Below, piece after piece: positions 60,462-64,000 of a DNA stretch of 64,000 bases. The DNA comes from Oculina patagonica (taxonomy: Eukaryota), in NCBI RefSeq assembly GCF_052425735.1, contig NC_135759.1, positions 42,594,001-42,658,000 on the forward strand, read 5' to 3'. Positions within the stretch are counted from its first letter, which is position 1; every line of letters begins with the position of its first letter. The position numbers and the translations under genes were made by a program. The notes under the pieces were generated by a model. It worked only from the letters and a program-made list of their open reading frames with translations. It was not told the origin of the DNA and made no database searches.

Positions 60462-60872
60462 TTAATGGCTCACTCTCGTCGAGGTACGACGAACGGTCGG
60501 TCGTCCCCCGTCTTTATAGGTCGTAGTGATGGTGTTTGTCGTGGTGATGCCTGCGATGCGACGTCCAGCCGCCACTTGACGTTGATCGTTGAACAGCATT
60601 TGCAATTGACGTTGCATGTCGTCTTGATTCAATCGGTGTGGACCACCCGTTAGCGTTCCTTGACCTGCAGGTACGTTGGACCTCGAGGAAGCAGGAGTGG
60701 TGGATCTCAAAGTCCCCGTACCCACTGCAGGAGACGGTAATTGATCCAAGTACCGTCTTAGGACTATTGGGTCGATTCGATCCAATGTCTGTTCCAATCC
60801 CCCTTGGTTGACGTTGACGATCGGAATGGCACTAGGACTGGTTCCTACTCCTGCTGGCGAATGTCTTGACAT
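60462..60872 (-). CDS. Polinton hypothetical low-complexity protein (136 aa)
   Basis: Open ORF rich in S/T/G/R; its stop lies 2 nt from the next start. Confidence 0.7.
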   Translation of the reverse strand: MSRHSPAGVGTSPSAIPIVNVNQGGLEQTLDRIDPIVLRRYLDQLPSPAVGTGTLRSTTPASSRSNVPAGQGTLTGGPHRLNQDDMQRQLQMLFNDQRQVAAGRRIAGITTTNTITTTYKDGGRPTVRRTSTRVSH

Positions 60873-60926
60873 GTTTTTCTAGCTCTCTCTTCTAGTGTCT
60901 GGATCAATTCGCTGAAGTAAGTCTCG

Positions 60927-61076
60927 TTATATTCTCTCACGAATCTGGCGTTTTTCGGCCAAATGTAACACAGTTTGCATGGCGTCGTAGTCCATGTCCT
61001 CTTCTCTCATACGCTCGAAATGACGACCGCACAGGTCCAAGAACGCGTGCCACACGTGATCGTTACGTACGAACAT
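60927..61076 (-). CDS. Possible small ORF (49 aa) filling the ATPase-to-60872 gap
   Basis: MFVRNDHVWHAFLDLCGRHFERMREEDMDYDAMQTVLHLAEKRQIRERI*; start overlaps the ATPase end; below the ORF-track length cutoff. Confidence 0.35.
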   Translation of the reverse strand: MFVRNDHVWHAFLDLCGRHFERMREEDMDYDAMQTVLHLAEKRQIRERI

Positions 61077-61728
61077 CTCGAACGAATCTGTAACATCTCA
61101 TGCATCCCTCGTCTTTTAAGAGGTGGCTAAAAATCCGTCTGTCGTCGCCACTGGCAGGGTGTAGATCCAATACCATGTAACCAAAGGGTCTTTCCGTCGT
61201 CTTGGTGTAGACGTCCATCACATCTTGCCATCGGGAGGGAAACGCTTGTAACAGTAAATTCCTCATGCCCAATTGATCGCGAGGGTTCTTGAAAGCCACG
61301 ATGTAATGCGCATTTCGAGAAATGCTCTTGGCGTATTTTCCCGGCGGAAACATGTCTTGACACAAGTACAGGACGGTGATGTTCCTGTGGTGGGAAAGTT
61401 TGGTGAACAGATCCAATACTCTCTTGTCGTTTCCTCCTTCTTCCATCAGATCGTCCAATACCATCACCCCTCCACGGGGAAACCATTTGGTCAAATCTAC
61501 TTCTTCGGGAATCCCTTCGTGAAATTTCACGCCTCGCTTTTTCATGTTCGCAAAACCGTCTTGCCAAGCCCCAAAACAATAATGAATGGTCTCAGGGGGT
61601 GTACTAAACAACTCTTTTGAGTGATTCAAAAGTACCGACTCGGTAAAACAAGTCTTTCCGCAGCTAGAGGGGCCCACGATCAAAATGCTAGAGGGCATCC
61701 GAAAGCTAAAGGCTTCACCGCGCTCCAT
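61063..61728 (-). CDS. A32/FtsK-like genome packaging ATPase
   Basis: Walker A GPSSCGKT; Walker B MVLDD; LSHHRNITVLYLCQ and SRNAHYIVAFKNPRD motifs. Likely ATG 61728; the frame stays open to 61818. Confidence 0.92.
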   Translation of the reverse strand: MERGEAFSFRMPSSILIVGPSSCGKTCFTESVLLNHSKELFSTPPETIHYCFGAWQDGFANMKKRGVKFHEGIPEEVDLTKWFPRGGVMVLDDLMEEGGNDKRVLDLFTKLSHHRNITVLYLCQDMFPPGKYAKSISRNAHYIVAFKNPRDQLGMRNLLLQAFPSRWQDVMDVYTKTTERPFGYMVLDLHPASGDDRRIFSHLLKDEGCMRCYRFVRDVRT

Positions 61729-61853
61729 GGCGAAAATGACGTTCGTCCAAAAACGAGCAATGATATAAGCATGTTGCAGAAAAAAGGTCTGCAACGAACC
61801 TCGAGCGACAGACGACACACACCTTATTCATTCCAACGTTTTTATTTGTCATC

Positions 61854-62423
61854 TCACAACAACAAGTGTCTTACACCGCAGAGAGACGGTTCACAATCCT
61901 GATGGTATTCCATCTTACATATTTTGTGCCACGACCTTTCCTTCAAGATCAATGTCTTCAACATTTGCCCAACTTTATGATCATTGTACACGTAATCGTG
62001 TTTCTTGAATCTCGCTTCGAACTGACTCATGCTACGTCCTTCGGCCCTATCGATGAGATACATCAGCGCGTAATCGCCGCAGCTCTGACTGTACAACGAT
62101 TGTAGACTCTGTCCGTTGCGCTCCACGTACTTCCAATGAGCGTCCAACCAATCTTGCAACGGTTGCGCCGTCTGGTACACCTCCAGGGGTAAGGCGTAAC
62201 TGTCCAACACTTCGCACACGTTTCCATTCGTCCACAGCGCGATCCAATGCCGACCGCGCATGTAGTGAGGATCGGTGTTGACGATGTACCCGCGGGCTTC
62301 CGTCTTGAATGGTTTTCGAGGTAATCGATTGCAGGCCACTGTCCCGTAAAAGTAAGGTTTCAACCAAGGGTGATGTCTGGCCAACTGATCCAACTGCACG
62401 TTATTCAAAGTCACTTTTTCCAT
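61854..62423 (-). CDS. Adenain-like (clan CE) maturation cysteine protease
   Basis: IVNTD..GRHWIA (His), VLDSY (Asp), LQSLYSQSCG (Gln, Cys). Confidence 0.92.
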   Translation of the reverse strand: MEKVTLNNVQLDQLARHHPWLKPYFYGTVACNRLPRKPFKTEARGYIVNTDPHYMRGRHWIALWTNGNVCEVLDSYALPLEVYQTAQPLQDWLDAHWKYVERNGQSLQSLYSQSCGDYALMYLIDRAEGRSMSQFEARFKKHDYVYNDHKVGQMLKTLILKERSWHKICKMEYHQDCEPSLCGVRHLLL

Positions 62424-62425
62424 CA

Positions 62426-63829
62426 CTAACGCTGGTACACGTCGTACAACACGGCTTTGTTCTTGTCTATCTCCAAGAGATTCTCAAACTCTCCGTACAC
62501 GATGATGGTCAAGTTCACAGCTGGGTTGGCTCCAAAGTTCAGCTCTATTAGTAGATTTCCGGCTTGCTTGGGGTTCATCCTGTAACTGTCCACGCATCCG
62601 TTGGCCACGTTGTCGAACACGAACAACGTGCAATTCTTTCCTTGTCCCCAATCGTCACCTCTCACCATGTTTCCTTGCTGCTTGCACAGGCAACCGGTGG
62701 CTTGCAAGAAACGGTGGTACCCTCTGAGATCTTTGGTGCCATCGTTGTGGACCAACTCTAGCGTCTCGTAAGGATACTCTTCTCCTCCCACGAGTTGTTT
62801 TATGCTGCTCATTCCAAACTTCTGAAAACAGAAGGGATCGTTGACCACGTTCCCGGTGAAGGCTGTGGACAGCACCATACCCACGATCACGCGGTTGGGA
62901 ATTCTTCCTTGGAACAAGTTGGTGCATTCGTACCGTCGTTGATCTCCCTGCATGTTGAAGGTCCGAATCTCGCTTCTCACGGTCGGGTAACTCACCACTT
63001 GACTCTTGGTGGTCATCTCATCCATCAGTCTCCTGTACGTCGTGGGATTGAGACGCACTTGACACAGGTACATTCGAACTTTGACTTCCTCGGCCGTCAG
63101 CTTTCCTGCCAGATCCACTCCGTTCAAGAACACGTCGGGAGAATTGAAGTACATCTGTATTCCTATCTGCACTCTGGGTACCAACAACTTGCTCAGATGA
63201 AACACTTCGATGAGGGGTTTGAAACGCAACACGTGTCGCTTGCCTTCCGTGTAATTGGCTTGTTCTGCTTTAGAGTTCTTGAGAGCCTCCTTGTGATTGG
63301 CGGTCAGGGCTACATAGTCTGCGTGTCCAGCTCCAGCGTTGGCTGCAGTGTTCGTGTTATTGTCCGTCCACGTGGCTGGGAAATCGATATGATTGTACCA
63401 GCCTTGAGGTTTCAAGATGGTTTCTCCATCACGTCTGTCGTAATTCAGCAACGTTTCCAAGAAGGCTCTGTAATGGTACGTGTCCGTCTGGGGACTGATG
63501 AGAGTACCGTTGAGACGCACGCTGATTTGCTTGAACAGAGAATGGGCTAGATTGTTGACGGGCCACAGCTTGTCGGCAGCTGCCACGTTCTCATCGTTGT
63601 CTTTCTTCAGTTGCAATTCTACCTCGAAAAAGCTACGGCTGAGATCGATGTAATCTTCTTGGGGGTCGATCTGAAACTCCACCGGATTGATGCCTGTGGT
63701 GTAGGTCTGAACGGGGACCATCCGATACGACGAGACGCTGACGTCTGTCGGTGGTACGGCGAATAGATCCAATCGAGGATTGGCCTCGCGTCTCGACTGC
63801 GGGTAGGCGCTCGAGATGGTTTCGGTCAT
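62426..63829 (-). CDS. Double-jelly-roll major capsid protein (Polinton PY / adintovirus hexon)
   Basis: LDLFAVPPT, PVEFQI...YIDLSRS, PVNNLAHSLFKQI, YHYRAFLETLLNY, LFQGRIPNRVIVGMV, IVYGEFENLLEID. ATG at 63829 overlaps the upstream stop. Confidence 0.92.
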   Translation of the reverse strand: MTETISSAYPQSRREANPRLDLFAVPPTDVSVSSYRMVPVQTYTTGINPVEFQIDPQEDYIDLSRSFFEVELQLKKDNDENVAAADKLWPVNNLAHSLFKQISVRLNGTLISPQTDTYHYRAFLETLLNYDRRDGETILKPQGWYNHIDFPATWTDNNTNTAANAGAGHADYVALTANHKEALKNSKAEQANYTEGKRHVLRFKPLIEVFHLSKLLVPRVQIGIQMYFNSPDVFLNGVDLAGKLTAEEVKVRMYLCQVRLNPTTYRRLMDEMTTKSQVVSYPTVRSEIRTFNMQGDQRRYECTNLFQGRIPNRVIVGMVLSTAFTGNVVNDPFCFQKFGMSSIKQLVGGEEYPYETLELVHNDGTKDLRGYHRFLQATGCLCKQQGNMVRGDDWGQGKNCTLFVFDNVANGCVDSYRMNPKQAGNLLIELNFGANPAVNLTIIVYGEFENLLEIDKNKAVLYDVYQR

Positions 63830-64000
63830 CGTCTTCTCTTCCTTCTTCCACTGCGCTTCCGTAAGGTCTGTATCCAATCGTAGCCAGGAGGCTTTCTGAC
63901 CTCGGGACCTATCCACCCGCCCTTTTGTACTTTTCGTCGTCGCCTCTTTTGTCCCAACAAGGCCTGGTTCAAAAGTGCCAGTGAGAATCCTTCTCCCCGC
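63826..64000 (-). CDS. C-terminus of another Arg-rich Polinton protein (cut by window edge)
   Basis: ...RGEGFSLALLNQALLGQKRRRRKVQKGGWIGPEVRKPPGYDWIQTLRKRSGRRKRRR*; its TGA overlaps the MCP ATG. Confidence 0.65.
   Translation of the reverse strand, partial: RGEGFSLALLNQALLGQKRRRRKVQKGGWIGPEVRKPPGYDWIQTLRKRSGRRKRRR

Larger units (their letters stand above)
56543..64000 (-). mobile_element. Polinton/Maverick (adintovirus-like) endogenous DNA virus, one end
   Basis: AGTAGT terminus at 56543 interrupts a host hairpin repeat. About 1.1 kb of non-coding terminal region with tandem repeats, then dense intronless ORFs including MCP, protease, ATPase and PLA2. Higher GC than the host flank. Confidence 0.93.

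Noticed and set aside
62795-63550. 251-aa plus-strand ORF
   Set aside because: Antisense shadow of the major capsid gene; no domain features.
63830-63916. N-terminal extension of the capsid ORF in the ORF track
   Set aside because: Starts at a non-ATG codon and overlaps an upstream Arg-rich ORF whose stop overlaps ATG 63829, the more plausible start.

Overview
Eukaryotic animal genomic DNA, AT-rich and intron-containing. Gene content and repeat families suggest a stony coral (inference). Four blocks. (1) 1-41.6 kb: a tandem array of secreted innate-immune lectin genes. It holds five fibrinogen-related-domain (FReD) copies (one cut by the window edge, two intact, two pseudogenes) and one C-type lectin gene that reuses the same signal peptide/CxxC/coiled-coil first exon. 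The coiled-coil neck differs between copies in exact 7-residue steps. Relics of a deleted C-type lectin gene remain, and the array is heavily invaded by MITEs, LINE fragments and a 10.5-kb nested insertion containing a Helentron/HINE-like array. (2) 45.1-49.1 kb: four intronless DUF1772 (anthrone-oxygenase-like) paralogs. (3) 50.0-55.5 kb: RPL4, with a TCT/TOP-type start and one U12-type intron; its last exon(s) are not in the window. (4) 56543 to the end: one terminus (AGTAGT) of a Polinton/Maverick (adintovirus-like) element, apparently inside an RPL4 intron and antisense to it. It has open ORFs for major capsid, adenain-like protease, packaging ATPase, a parvovirus-type PLA2, a 2-TM SLATT-like protein and a cassette of small Arg-rich proteins sharing a putative protease cleavage motif. 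All alignments and coordinates were done by eye; no searches were run.
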